Source: a virus
Lineage: Duplodnaviria; Caudoviricetes
Strand: one strand, 5' to 3'
IMG/VR virus record: IMGVR_UViG_3300045789_000375
Span: 1-32,583 of that record
Length of the DNA stretch: 32,583 nt
The position numbers and the translations under genes are program-made. Positions 9,238 to 21,131 of the stretch are shown here, piece after piece (position 1 is the first letter of the stretch; each line of letters starts with the position of its first letter). The notes beneath the pieces were generated by a model. It saw nothing but the letters and a program-made list of their open reading frames with translations, made no database searches and was not told where the DNA came from.

Positions 9238-9924
9238 ATGAGTGATATGAGAGATAAAAAAATATCTAATGAAAATCACCAAGAAGAGCCCAGGGTGTCA
9301 GTCACCCCTTCCGGTTTTTTCGGGTCATCCGCAAACAACATAGTCACCCTGGACAACTTTATGACAGAAGAAGAACTGTCCTACCTTAATAACTTTGCAC
9401 GGAACAATACTACGTGGGACCACACCGAGTCGCACTACAATGAGGACGGCCTTTGTATATACGATGCTTCCTATTGGGCAGATCGTGTCGCCACTGATGA
9501 CTCCCTAAACTCAGCAGATCCTAACGTCGTTGGTATAATTGTGGGCATGCAGGCCCGCCTGAAGGTAGAAGTAGATAAATTTTTTAATGTAGACGCCCTT
9601 CCTACTAGTGCTGCAGTAGTTAGATGGCTTCCGGGCCAGTTCCAAAACCCTCACGCAGACAAAGAGCTACACGAGGGAGAGAATAAAGGTAAACCTAATG
9701 ACTTTCCTTACTACGACATCGCCGGGTTGTTCTACATAAACAACGACTACGAAGGTGGAGAGCTATATTTCCCAGAGCAAGGCATACAGTTTAAGCCAAA
9801 AGCTGGGTCAGCATACTTTTTTCCAGGAGATATGAACTACATTCACGGAGTTTCCGAGATTGTGTCTGGAATTAGGTACGTTTGTCCTTTTTTCTGGACA
9901 ATCTTACAACATAAAGGAGAATAA
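9238..9924 (+). CDS. 2OG-Fe(II) oxygenase, prolyl-4-hydroxylase-like (3); start may be ATG 9247
   Basis: HxD (NPHADKE), YINNDYEGGELYF, YIHGV...GIRY. TAAGAT at 9234-9239 lies 7 nt before ATG 9247. Confidence 0.9.
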   Translation: MSDMRDKKISNENHQEEPRVSVTPSGFFGSSANNIVTLDNFMTEEELSYLNNFARNNTTWDHTESHYNEDGLCIYDASYWADRVATDDSLNSADPNVVGIIVGMQARLKVEVDKFFNVDALPTSAAVVRWLPGQFQNPHADKELHEGENKGKPNDFPYYDIAGLFYINNDYEGGELYFPEQGIQFKPKAGSAYFFPGDMNYIHGVSEIVSGIRYVCPFFWTILQHKGE

Positions 9925-9925
9925 A

Positions 9926-10660
9926 ATGTCGTTTTTTGTTGACAAGGTAGACGTCAGTACTTTTAAGATATACAAAGATGAGCCAACCACTATTAGCGAG
10001 TTGGGTATTAAGCAGAATAAGATCATAGAAATACCTAACTTTGTGACGCCAGAAGGCGCACAGAAAATGATCGACTACATCGAGTCGTATTCTGACCTCT
10101 GGGGAGGTATTGCTTTTTACGGCTCTTTAGGTATGGGTCTACATCCAGACGACCCTAAACTAGCTGAATTTGGACTACCTCCGATGTATTTTGACTCTTT
10201 GAGGAACAGGTTCCAAGAAGCAATAGAGCTAGTTTTTGAGCGACCAGTGAAAGCAAACACATCACATGCCCAGAAATGGGATGTTGGCGGCTTTGCTTCT
10301 CCACACTCGGACAATTCCGATTTTGATGGGAAGCCCAACGCTTTTGAGATCAATAAGTACGTCGGGATTCTATACCTCAATGGGGACTACGAGGGTGGAA
10401 ATCTGTTTTTCCGAGACCATAACATATCCTTTCAACCTGAAGCTTATTCGCTCATCTGCTTTCCAGGCGGGGTAGAGAACATACATGGAGTAGAAGAGAT
10501 ACTGAAAGGCACCAGATACACGATGGTATCTTTCTGGGACTTCAAAGAAGCAGTGTACTCTGATGATAAGGAAGCCGCCTGGGTAGAGGAGATCGCAGGG
10601 ATTCGGGGAGAGCAAGCCGAGCAGAAAATCGAATGGGATAAGGGCAACAAGTACGCCTAA
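9926..10660 (+). CDS. 2OG-Fe(II) oxygenase, prolyl-4-hydroxylase-like (4); start revised to 9926
   Basis: SD aaggag precedes ATG 9926. HxD (SPHSDNS), YLNGDYEGGNLFF, NIHGV...GTRY. Confidence 0.9.
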   Translation: MSFFVDKVDVSTFKIYKDEPTTISELGIKQNKIIEIPNFVTPEGAQKMIDYIESYSDLWGGIAFYGSLGMGLHPDDPKLAEFGLPPMYFDSLRNRFQEAIELVFERPVKANTSHAQKWDVGGFASPHSDNSDFDGKPNAFEINKYVGILYLNGDYEGGNLFFRDHNISFQPEAYSLICFPGGVENIHGVEEILKGTRYTMVSFWDFKEAVYSDDKEAAWVEEIAGIRGEQAEQKIEWDKGNKYA

Positions 10661-10711
10661 CTTAGATACAGAGCATTTAACGGTAGGCCGTAACTCACCA
10701 TAGCGTATCTC

Positions 10712-10738
10712 GGGTAAAATATAAGAGACACTTTACCC
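10712..10738 (+). promoter_or_regulatory. Putative promoter (ggTAAAAT -10) inside a 7-bp inverted repeat
   Basis: TAAAAT at 10715-10720. gggtaaa (10712-10718) and tttaccc (10732-10738) are reverse complements. The site is where structural genes resume. Confidence 0.4.
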
Positions 10739-10752
10739 TGAGGGACAGTCGC

Positions 10753-11112
10753 GTGCGCTATTTTAACTCAAATGTTTATGACATCCTTGTAGATCAAGGC
10801 TCAACGCTCCACCGCGCTCTGTTTTTAAAGACTTCAGCGAAAAAGCCAATAGACCTTAGCGGGTACATAGGCAGAATGCAGATAAGAGACTCCAAAGACT
10901 CTAGCGTAATAGTTCAGGTTTTAACAACTGAAAATAATGAAATTGTAATATATGAACTACTTGGAAGAGTGGACATTCTACTACCACCAACGGATACGGA
11001 AGCCCTTGAGGCAAAGGACTACGTCTACGATCTAGAATTAGAGTCACTGGAAGGCGATGTGACAAAAATAGTCTCAGGAAAACTAACTGTAAGAGCGGAG
11101 GTGACTTTCTAA
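10753..11112 (+). CDS. Virion beta-sandwich protein (fibre-attachment, BppU/LtfC-like)
   Basis: Y.I.VDQGST...PIDLSGY.GRMQIR...YVYDLEL...G.LTV..EVT pattern, common in front of phage fibre genes. Confidence 0.6.
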   Translation: MRYFNSNVYDILVDQGSTLHRALFLKTSAKKPIDLSGYIGRMQIRDSKDSSVIVQVLTTENNEIVIYELLGRVDILLPPTDTEALEAKDYVYDLELESLEGDVTKIVSGKLTVRAEVTF

Positions 11113-12451
11113 TGCTTTCAGATGATTACGCATACTTAGTCGTTACTGCACCCGGTCCTCAAGGGCCTGCTGGTTCAGGGATCTTACAAGAAGGGGATGT
11201 AGTAGCTGGCGCTACCGGCCCAACAGGTGCAACTGGCTCCACGGGGCCCACTGGTATTGCTGGAGATACAGGTATTACTGGCCTCCAAGGAGCTACTGGC
11301 CCAACTGGTGCAACTGGTGCCATAGGTTCAACCGGTGCAGCTAGCACTGTTGCTGGTCCAACAGGTGCAACCGGTGCAACCGGCTCCACTGGTGCAACTG
11401 GTGCCATAGGTTCAACCGGTGCAGCTAGCACTGTTGCTGGTCCAACAGGTGCAACCGGTGCAACCGGCTCCACTGGTGCTTCCGGCTCAGTGGGCCCAAC
11501 AGGGTCAACAGGGTCAACAGGGTCAACAGGGTCAACAGGTTTGACTGGCGCGACTGGTGCAACTGGTGTTGCAGGTGCCGTAGGCCCAACGGGCTCAACT
11601 GGTACTTCCGGATTGACAGGTTTACAAGGTGCAACTGGTGCGACTGGTTCAACCGGTACCGCTGGTGCAGTTAGCACCGTTCCAGGACCCACAGGCGCAA
11701 CCGGTTCAACTGGCTTAACAGGTCTTCAAGGAGCAACTGGTTCAACTGGCTTGGCAGGCTCAACAGGTGCGACCGGCTCAGCAGGGCTGATCGGACCGAC
11801 AGGTGCGACTGGTTCAACCGGACTAGCAGGCTTACAGGGATCAACAGGTCCAACTGGTGCAACAGGTGTTGCAGGTCCAATTGGCCTAATCGGTCCAACT
11901 GGGGCAACAGGTGTTGCAGGTATTGCTGGTCCAACCGGTTCAACTGGCTCCACGGGTTCAGTAGGCCTGACTGGTGCAACTGGTGCAACTGGTGCAACTG
12001 GTGTTGCAGGGTCAACTGGGCCAACAGGCACTACTGGATTAACGGGTCTTCAAGGGCCAACAGGTCCAACTGGGTCAATTGGTGCCACTGGCTCAACAGG
12101 CCCAACAGGTCCAACTGGGTCAATAGGTCTGACAGGTGCGACAGGGTCGACAGGACCTACTGGTGCTCAGGGTACATATACAGTTAGCGACAGCCCCCCG
12201 TCCTCCCCGAGTGAGGGCGATGCCTGGTTTAACACAGTAAACGCAAAATTCTTTATTTACTATGACAACTTCTGGATAGAGGTTGCAACCGCTGACATTG
12301 GTCCAACTGGTCCAACCGGCTCAGCTGAGTCCTTAAGCGAGATTGCAGACGTAGAGTTAACTATTTTAGTAGAGAATGGTGAGCTACTTGCTTATAACTC
12401 CTCGACTTCTAATTGGGAAAATGTAAGTGTTATTGATGGAGGAACACCCTA

Positions 12452-12452
<1 letters not shown>
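11112..12452 (+). CDS. Collagen-like fibre protein 1
   Basis: About 320 aa of G-x-T triplets (GPT/GAT/GST), then PSEGDAWFN...YYDNFWIE and an IDGG end. Confidence 0.85.
11304..11479 (+). repeat. Exact 84-nt tandem duplication within a collagen gene
   Basis: The unit starting actggtgcaactggtgccataggttca occurs at 11304 and 11388. A (tcaacaggg)n 9-mer run follows near 11497-11540. Confidence 0.85.
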
Positions 12453-14224
<1,772 letters not shown>

Positions 14225-14253
14225 TATGACAAACATAGATAGGTGGTCACAAA

Positions 14254-15390
14254 GTGGCAATTAACTTTCCAGACAACCCCGTTCTGAATGACCAATTTAC
14301 CTCGGGTGGCACCGCTTGGGACTGGAACGGCTCCGTGTGGAGCGTTGTTCGCAGCGGAATTATTGGGCCGACAGGTGCAACAGGACTGACAGGACCTACT
14401 GGCGCAGCTGGGCAAGGTCTGGATGTTTTAGATACTTATGCCACATATGCAGATTTAATTGCTGCACACCCAACTGGTTCAGTTGGAGATGCTTATACAG
14501 TAGGCATAGAGCTGTATATTTGGTCGACTAGTGCCTCTAACTGGGCGAGCCTTGGGGACATAGTAGGTCCAACTGGTCCGACAGGATTAACGGGCCCAGA
14601 CTCTACCGTCGAAGGACCAACAGGACCGACTGGATCCGAGGGGCCTATTGGCGTGACTGGACCGACTGGGCTAACCGGTGGTTTTGGTCTGACTGGGTCT
14701 CAGGGAAGCCCTGGAGTACAAGGGCCTACTGGTGCCCAAGGGGTTATTGGAGTTACTGGCCCAACAGGGTCAACCGGTCTAACTGGCGCACAGGGACCAA
14801 CGGGTGCCGTAGGTTCGCAGGGTCTAATCGGAATCACGGGACCAACCGGGCCAATAGGTATCCAAGGCGTGACTGGCCCAACTGGTTCAATCGGATTTGA
14901 TGGGCCAACAGGACCGCAAGGATTTACTGGTGACATCGGGTCAACAGGTCCAACCGGAACGACGGGCCCTGACGGAACCTTTTACGCCTCAGAAACCGAA
15001 CCAGTTGGTCCAGTTGAAGGCGATGTTTGGTATGACACTACCGTAGGTAACACTTACGTCTACTACGACTCTTTTTGGGTTGGCACTGGTGGGGGAACTG
15101 CGTACGGTAACTGGAGCTACGTAAACGCCAATAGAGTTGCCCTGGCAAACGAAGGCTTCCTGGCAGATACGTCTAACGGAAGCTTTACAATCATCTTGCC
15201 TGAAGCACCTCAAGTGGGGGAGTCTGTTGCTATAATTGACCTAGAGAAGTCATTTAAGAGAAATGGCTTAATCTTGTCTGGCGGTGCATCGCTAATAGAA
15301 GGAAGAACCGACAACATGCTATTGAACGTTGATGGGGCTTCGGTACTCCTCAGATATGTTGGATCTTCTTACGGATGGAGAATCGTATAA
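14254..15390 (+). CDS. Collagen-like fibre protein 3
   Basis: GTG start with SD aggtgg. INFP module, GxT collagen, EGDVWYD module and a C-terminal DTS.G.FTI.LP..P.VG...D...GW domain of the kind seen in long tail fibres. Confidence 0.85.
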   Translation: MAINFPDNPVLNDQFTSGGTAWDWNGSVWSVVRSGIIGPTGATGLTGPTGAAGQGLDVLDTYATYADLIAAHPTGSVGDAYTVGIELYIWSTSASNWASLGDIVGPTGPTGLTGPDSTVEGPTGPTGSEGPIGVTGPTGLTGGFGLTGSQGSPGVQGPTGAQGVIGVTGPTGSTGLTGAQGPTGAVGSQGLIGITGPTGPIGIQGVTGPTGSIGFDGPTGPQGFTGDIGSTGPTGTTGPDGTFYASETEPVGPVEGDVWYDTTVGNTYVYYDSFWVGTGGGTAYGNWSYVNANRVALANEGFLADTSNGSFTIILPEAPQVGESVAIIDLEKSFKRNGLILSGGASLIEGRTDNMLLNVDGASVLLRYVGSSYGWRIV

Positions 15391-18374
15391 TGACACAATT
15401 TTTATCAAACTTTAACCAGAATTTTGCCCCCTCTCAGGAGTTTACTGATCCAGTAGGTAAACTTCGTGTCTCTCAGCCGCAGGCCCTTATTGACACTGAC
15501 TTTGAGTACGGCATCCAGCAGACCAAGTGGGAATCCCTATCCATGATCAACAATAGGCCCTTTGCCTATAATTCTGCTATCGCCTTAAAGAACGTTGCTA
15601 GCATGTTGATGACTGCTGGGTCGAAGATTGTAACTGTGAACCTGACCACTAAAGCGAAGTCAGTAAACGCAGTTACCATATCGGAGCCAGCAACCGGGTA
15701 CGTCACATACACGACGAGCACAGACCATGGATTTATTATTGGAGAGTACGTCAGCCTCTCAAACCTAACTTCTGCATATAACGGTCTCTACCAAATTGTT
15801 GAAGTCGCATCGGCTACCACATTTGCCGTAGTCAATGCCAGCACAGCTACTGTTACTGACTCTGCTGGTACTGCTATTTCTGGATATGCACCTCCAACTG
15901 GCTCTATCATTACTGTGATTGACACACTACTCAAGCCTGCAGATGGTACTTTTCTAATTGAGAGCGGTGGTGGCAGTGCTCAGTTCACTTACTATGCTAC
16001 TTCTGAGAACATTTCATCATTTACATCCATTGTTGATGACAATAAGACATCCATCTTTTCTGCAACAGCATATTCATCTTCCGCTATAGGGGCTGCCCCA
16101 ACTGTGACGTATAGCGGGCTGGCTGTTACCGTGGAGACCACCGTGCCTCATGGGCTGTCAATAGGAAATACTGTTGCGCTGACGGGCACCACGGCTACTA
16201 CTAATGCCCCAAACGGTTCTTGGACCGTGTCGACCGTGCTGGATCCAACAACCATAATCTTTTATGCTGATGCTGCGCCAACAGGCACTATTGCTGGGAC
16301 CGCTGTTCTATATGTCAGGCCTCAGGCGACCTTTGCGCATAGACCGTTTGATGGTGGAGTGATCTTTTCTACGAACGGCAACTCTAATAACCAACAGGCC
16401 ATTCGTCAGACCAGACGTTACTTTAGGTATCAGTCCGGTAAGGGATTGCAGTATAGCTCTGGTAGCTTGCTAAAGCCTTCGTTCCAGCTCGATGAACTCT
16501 CTTGTGTTGGCGACACTATAACAATTCAGACAAAAGAGGCGCACAACCTAGTTCCAGGCGTTGGGATTAATATTATTAACGCTGATACAACGGGGTACAA
16601 CAACTCTTATACCGTTGACTCAGTTTTAACCTACAACAGGTTTACTGTAAAGACGCTTATATCTCTTGACGCACGTGCTACTGGAAGATACTATATAACC
16701 GTCAGCGATTGGACTGGCTCCGTAGTAAGGATCGGTCTATTTGACGATCAAAACGGAATCTTCTTTGAGTACGACGGTCAAGAACTCTACGCCGTACAGA
16801 GAAACTCTACCTACCAAATCGCTGGAAGAGTCACCGTAACCAATGGCGGTAACACCGTATCTCAGACGAGCATAGACTATCCAACTAACTTTAATAGCCA
16901 AGCAGCTCCAGGGGACTATATCGTTCTTCGAGGTCAGTCGTATAAGATTCTCAGTATTGAGAGCGACACTAGCCTAACCATTGCTCCTTCATATCGAGGA
17001 GTGTCTACTGCTAACGTTGTTGTTTCTAGAACGTTTGATAAGAGAATCCCTCAATCAGAGTGGAACATAGACAAGGCAGATGGTACTGGATTCTCAGGGT
17101 ATGAAATTGACCTAAATAGAATGCAGATGTTCTACATTGACTACTCTTGGTATGGTGCTGGTGCAATCCGATGGGGCATGCGTGCAACCAACGGTGAAGT
17201 TACCTATCTACACAAAGAGATAAACAACAACAATAATCTAGAGGCATACATGCGCTCTGGTAACCTCCCAGGTCGCTACGAAACCAACACCGTTCCAGTT
17301 TACACGAAACTGTACAGCACCCTAGGCGCTCTAGACACCACGCTGTATGTTGACTCTACTGCAGAGTTCAACGATTCAGGCACTCTAACCATTAGAAATG
17401 GTAGCAGTATAGAGATCGTGAACTACTCTAGCAAGAGCGCCAGTTCATTTAATGGACTTGTTCGCGCAAAATCAGGAAATCCTTCTGTAGACCTTACTAT
17501 TGCTATTGGATCTTCTGTGGGTACAGTGTTTGCTGAAGTAGATCTAGTGAATATCCAAATTGGGCAGAGAGTTATTTCAAATAGTTTTCCCGAGGGTACG
17601 TTTGTAGTTGGTATAGCCGGAAGCGTTATTACATTTAGCAAGGCAGCAACCACTGCTAACCCTACCGGAGTTATTTTTGCACCCCTAAGTTCATTGGGAC
17701 AGAGCTTTGCTTTCTCCACAACTGCACCAGTAATTGTAGAGAACTCGTACCCTGGATTCTCCCCAACAGTCTCGCACTGGGGGACTTCTGTAATTATGGA
17801 CGGAGGGTTTGATGACGATAAGTCGTTGGTGTTCACCTACGGACAGAAAAACAGCATCTCTATTGCTCCGGGAGTTACTAGAGCTATATTCTCAATCCGA
17901 ATAGCACCTTCTGTGGACAATGGTTTAATTAGTCAATTTGGTGGCAGAGAGATAGTTAACAGGATGCAGTTGATTCTAAGAAGCCTAGGAATATCTGCAA
18001 GGACTAATGGTAACTTCTTGGTACGCGCAATTCTTAACGGTACGCCAGCAACTACTCAAAACTGGACAGATGCTATCGGTGGAGTGGGCGCACAATCTAA
18101 CTCATCGTTAGCGCAGATTGCCGACTACAGCTCTAGAGACATTCCAATTCTTGGCGGAGAAGTAGTAGCTGGGTATTTTGTTGCTGGAACTGGAAGCTTA
18201 GATCTCTCCCTAGTGCGAGAGCTTGGAACTTCCATCTTGAGCGGTGGAGTGCCAGCAGTACGCGAGCAGATATTCCCAGATGGTCCAGACGTTCTTACAA
18301 TCATTGTGACCAACACAGGTTCTAGCACAGCACAGATGCTTGGTAGAATCTCTTGGACAGAAGCTCAGGCATAA
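15390..18374 (+). CDS. Large virion structural/appendage protein, paralog B (start revised to 15390)
   Basis: The ATG overlaps the upstream TAA and has GGAG upstream. It is a full-length paralog of 885..3917. Confidence 0.7.
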   Translation: MTQFLSNFNQNFAPSQEFTDPVGKLRVSQPQALIDTDFEYGIQQTKWESLSMINNRPFAYNSAIALKNVASMLMTAGSKIVTVNLTTKAKSVNAVTISEPATGYVTYTTSTDHGFIIGEYVSLSNLTSAYNGLYQIVEVASATTFAVVNASTATVTDSAGTAISGYAPPTGSIITVIDTLLKPADGTFLIESGGGSAQFTYYATSENISSFTSIVDDNKTSIFSATAYSSSAIGAAPTVTYSGLAVTVETTVPHGLSIGNTVALTGTTATTNAPNGSWTVSTVLDPTTIIFYADAAPTGTIAGTAVLYVRPQATFAHRPFDGGVIFSTNGNSNNQQAIRQTRRYFRYQSGKGLQYSSGSLLKPSFQLDELSCVGDTITIQTKEAHNLVPGVGINIINADTTGYNNSYTVDSVLTYNRFTVKTLISLDARATGRYYITVSDWTGSVVRIGLFDDQNGIFFEYDGQELYAVQRNSTYQIAGRVTVTNGGNTVSQTSIDYPTNFNSQAAPGDYIVLRGQSYKILSIESDTSLTIAPSYRGVSTANVVVSRTFDKRIPQSEWNIDKADGTGFSGYEIDLNRMQMFYIDYSWYGAGAIRWGMRATNGEVTYLHKEINNNNNLEAYMRSGNLPGRYETNTVPVYTKLYSTLGALDTTLYVDSTAEFNDSGTLTIRNGSSIEIVNYSSKSASSFNGLVRAKSGNPSVDLTIAIGSSVGTVFAEVDLVNIQIGQRVISNSFPEGTFVVGIAGSVITFSKAATTANPTGVIFAPLSSLGQSFAFSTTAPVIVENSYPGFSPTVSHWGTSVIMDGGFDDDKSLVFTYGQKNSISIAPGVTRAIFSIRIAPSVDNGLISQFGGREIVNRMQLILRSLGISARTNGNFLVRAILNGTPATTQNWTDAIGGVGAQSNSSLAQIADYSSRDIPILGGEVVAGYFVAGTGSLDLSLVRELGTSILSGGVPAVREQIFPDGPDVLTIIVTNTGSSTAQMLGRISWTEAQA

Positions 18375-18377
18375 TCC

Positions 18378-19442
18378 ATGGTAGCTATAGACTTTCCAGA
18401 CGCTCCTGAAACGGGCGATAAATATATTGTCTCGGGTAAAGCTTGGATATGGACCGGAACTGCCTGGGACATTTTTGGAGCTGTATCTACAGGTCCAGAA
18501 GGCCCAATAGGCCCAGTCTCCGTCACACCTGGCCCCACTGGGCCAACGGGGTCAATAGGCTTTGGCGGACCAACCGGGCCAACAGGTGCTGCTGGCCTTG
18601 ACGGATCCGGTATAACAATCTTAGGAGTTTTAGCTAACACTGGAGAGCTGCCTTCGAGCGGAAACTCTGTTGGAGATGCCTACCAAATTTCTGGAGATCT
18701 CCACATTTGGGACAACACTAATTCAGTGTGGGTGAATATAGGACCAATTACGGGCCCAACTGGACCAACCGGGCCTACTGGTGCTCGCGGAGTGGACTCT
18801 ACGGTTATTGGGCCAACCGGACCAACGGGGCCAACGGGCCCGACAGGTGCTGCCGGCATTGGGTACGACGGATTAGTACTTTCCATTTCCAGCTTTAGCG
18901 GGGGCACCTTATCCGGAACTTTAAATAAGCTTGGAGCAATCATCAACGGGTCAACCGTTCGAGTTATCTCCAATGCAAACCCCTTGGTTTTTGCTGATGG
19001 AACTATTTTCTCCATCACTAATCTAGACGTATCTATAACAATATTCTTCGACGAAACAGGCGGAACTCTAGGGTCCTTAGTTAATCCAAAACTCAGCTTG
19101 TCTGCCCAGCAGGGACCGACAGGACCTTCAGGTTCCGTGGGTTCAACTGGGCTTACCGGAGCTACGGGGCCGACCGGTGCGACTGGTGCCTCGGGCCCAA
19201 CAGGGTCAATAGGACTACAAGGCCCACTTGGTTCGACAGGACCTACTGGTGCACAAGGAATTACTGGACCAACTGGTAGCATCGGTGTGGTGGCAGCAGA
19301 TCTGCCACTGTCCTATGCAAATCAAACTGTAAGCATGGCTTCTGGCTTCGTGTACTACACAACTGGCGCTACATACAGAAAACTATATGTAGGCCTTCAG
19401 CCCAGTTCTCCCGTAGTCGGAGATGTCTGGATTCAAATTTAA
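18378..19442 (+). CDS. Collagen-like fibre protein 4
   Basis: IDFP module, interrupted GPT collagen and a VGDAY...L.IW module shared with 14254..15390. It ends in [13 protein letters not shown]. Confidence 0.8.
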   Translation: MVAIDFPDAPETGDKYIVSGKAWIWTGTAWDIFGAVSTGPEGPIGPVSVTPGPTGPTGSIGFGGPTGPTGAAGLDGSGITILGVLANTGELPSSGNSVGDAYQISGDLHIWDNTNSVWVNIGPITGPTGPTGPTGARGVDSTVIGPTGPTGPTGPTGAAGIGYDGLVLSISSFSGGTLSGTLNKLGAIINGSTVRVISNANPLVFADGTIFSITNLDVSITIFFDETGGTLGSLVNPKLSLSAQQGPTGPSGSVGSTGLTGATGPTGATGASGPTGSIGLQGPLGSTGPTGAQGITGPTGSIGVVAADLPLSYANQTVSMASGFVYYTTGATYRKLYVGLQPSSPVVGDVWIQI

Positions 19443-19511
19443 GGTGTGCTCTAATAAAGAGCTCCGAGTTCTAAGTGTTCATATGTTTTCTGTGTATAGG
19501 AGGTAGCCTAA

Positions 19512-21131
19512 GTGCCAACAACTAGTAGCGCCTTCTCCAAAAGAAGTGTCCACAGACTGAGCCTGATTATAAACTCACCCTCAAGCTCAGCCACACAAAC
19601 TACCTATAATTATAATGCGACGATGGTCACAAGCAACAACACTTTAAAGCCCTTTGCAAGCGGTCTACTTTGGAAAATAGAGGTATATAGCGGCGGCTCA
19701 CTTGTAACATCTAAGGGTAGCGGGTCATATTCCTACGACTTCAGAACCGGTAGCACGAATGCGACCAAGGCAATCACACCCGGGTCTGGCAGTTTTACTA
19801 TTAATAGACCAGCGTCTGGTTCATCAGGTATCACTTATGAATTTAGATTTACAGCCAACACAGCAAATGCAGGAGCAGAGCTAATTGGCATAGCCAGCTC
19901 CTCGCAGACTTTTACAACAGCCGCCCAAGACCCCCCTCCAACTCCAGCACCTAGTTGGTCTACAGCGTCAAGAACAGACAACGCCACAGTAGGAACAACA
20001 TTCAGTAGAACTTACACTGCTACGGGGATTAATAGTAGTAACGCATACTCTTTAGCAAGCGGCAGTTTTCCAAACTCGTTAAGCCTGAATACTACTAGCG
20101 GTACAGTCAGCGGGACCGTGGCCGCCGGGGCAGATCAGAGTTTTACTTTTAGATTAAATGCCACAGGAGCAGGCGGCACTACTCAATCTCCGTCGTACAC
20201 TATAAGTAGAATTCAATCAGCCCCGGTATGGACTACAACATCATTTACTGAAATAGCCAGAGTAGGTGAAGAGTACTCTAAGCAGCTTTCAGCAACCAGT
20301 GCTGACAGCTATTCTCTAGCTTCAGGGAGCCTGCCGTCAGGAATTACGCTTTCCAGTGCCGGGTCCTTATCTGGAACCCCATCAGCCGGGACATCGCAGG
20401 CATTTGATTTCACAGTTAGTGCAACCGGTACCGGTGGAAGCACTACATCACAAAGTTTTAGATTAAACAGAAGGCAGCCGCTTCCCGTATGGTCTGATGA
20501 AACGCTCTCTGCCGCAGGCCGTAAGGTGGGCGATTTTTACTCGGACTCAGTGGTAGCCACTAATGCTAGCTCTTATTCTGCTACAGGACTACCCCAAAAT
20601 GGCTTAAGCCACTCTGGTGGCACAGTTAGCGGAACCCCAACATCTACTAATCAAATATTCTTTGACATAACTGCCTCAAACTCAGACGGTGACACCTTAA
20701 CTAAGAGCTTTAGCTTCACGGCACAGCCAGCTGCACCTGTTTGGGTAGATCAGACTCTTGCTACCACCACGATAAAAGCCGGTCAAAGCTATTCTGATGG
20801 CGTATCTGCAACAAATACAACCAGCTACTCTCTATTTAGCGGAACGCTACCACCAGGAATTACGTTAGACGCCAATACTGGCGTACTGTCTGGCGTGCCT
20901 ACAACAGCCGATGTGCAGCCTTATACCTTCGTACTGCGAGCTACTAACTCAGCGAATGAGTCTATATCTACAAACACACTGAGCATAACAGTACAGCCAG
21001 CTGGGTCGGGGAAGGTTTGGAACGGCAGCGCTTGGGTCTTAGCACCATTCAAAGTTTGGAGCGGCAGCGCCTGGATAGAGGCGCAGGCAAAGGTATGGAA
21101 CGGTTCTATCTGGGCGGACCCAGTTAGCTAA
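19512..21131 (+). CDS. Ig-like (putative Ig/He_PIG) repeat virion protein, candidate adhesin
   Basis: SD aggagg with a GTG start. Four repeats of P.W...YSL.SG.LP.G..L...G..SGTP, and three C-terminal KVW.GS.W repeats. Confidence 0.8.
   Translation: MPTTSSAFSKRSVHRLSLIINSPSSSATQTTYNYNATMVTSNNTLKPFASGLLWKIEVYSGGSLVTSKGSGSYSYDFRTGSTNATKAITPGSGSFTINRPASGSSGITYEFRFTANTANAGAELIGIASSSQTFTTAAQDPPPTPAPSWSTASRTDNATVGTTFSRTYTATGINSSNAYSLASGSFPNSLSLNTTSGTVSGTVAAGADQSFTFRLNATGAGGTTQSPSYTISRIQSAPVWTTTSFTEIARVGEEYSKQLSATSADSYSLASGSLPSGITLSSAGSLSGTPSAGTSQAFDFTVSATGTGGSTTSQSFRLNRRQPLPVWSDETLSAAGRKVGDFYSDSVVATNASSYSATGLPQNGLSHSGGTVSGTPTSTNQIFFDITASNSDGDTLTKSFSFTAQPAAPVWVDQTLATTTIKAGQSYSDGVSATNTTSYSLFSGTLPPGITLDANTGVLSGVPTTADVQPYTFVLRATNSANESISTNTLSITVQPAGSGKVWNGSAWVLAPFKVWSGSAWIEAQAKVWNGSIWADPVS

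Noticed and set aside
6272-10660. Oxygenases as TET/JBP or AlkB DNA-modifying enzymes
   Set aside because: The motif pattern (N.DYEGGEL.F, FP....H, G.[KR]Y) fits the P4H-like 2OG-Fe(II) class, and the neighbours are virion genes. It is disfavoured but not formally excluded.
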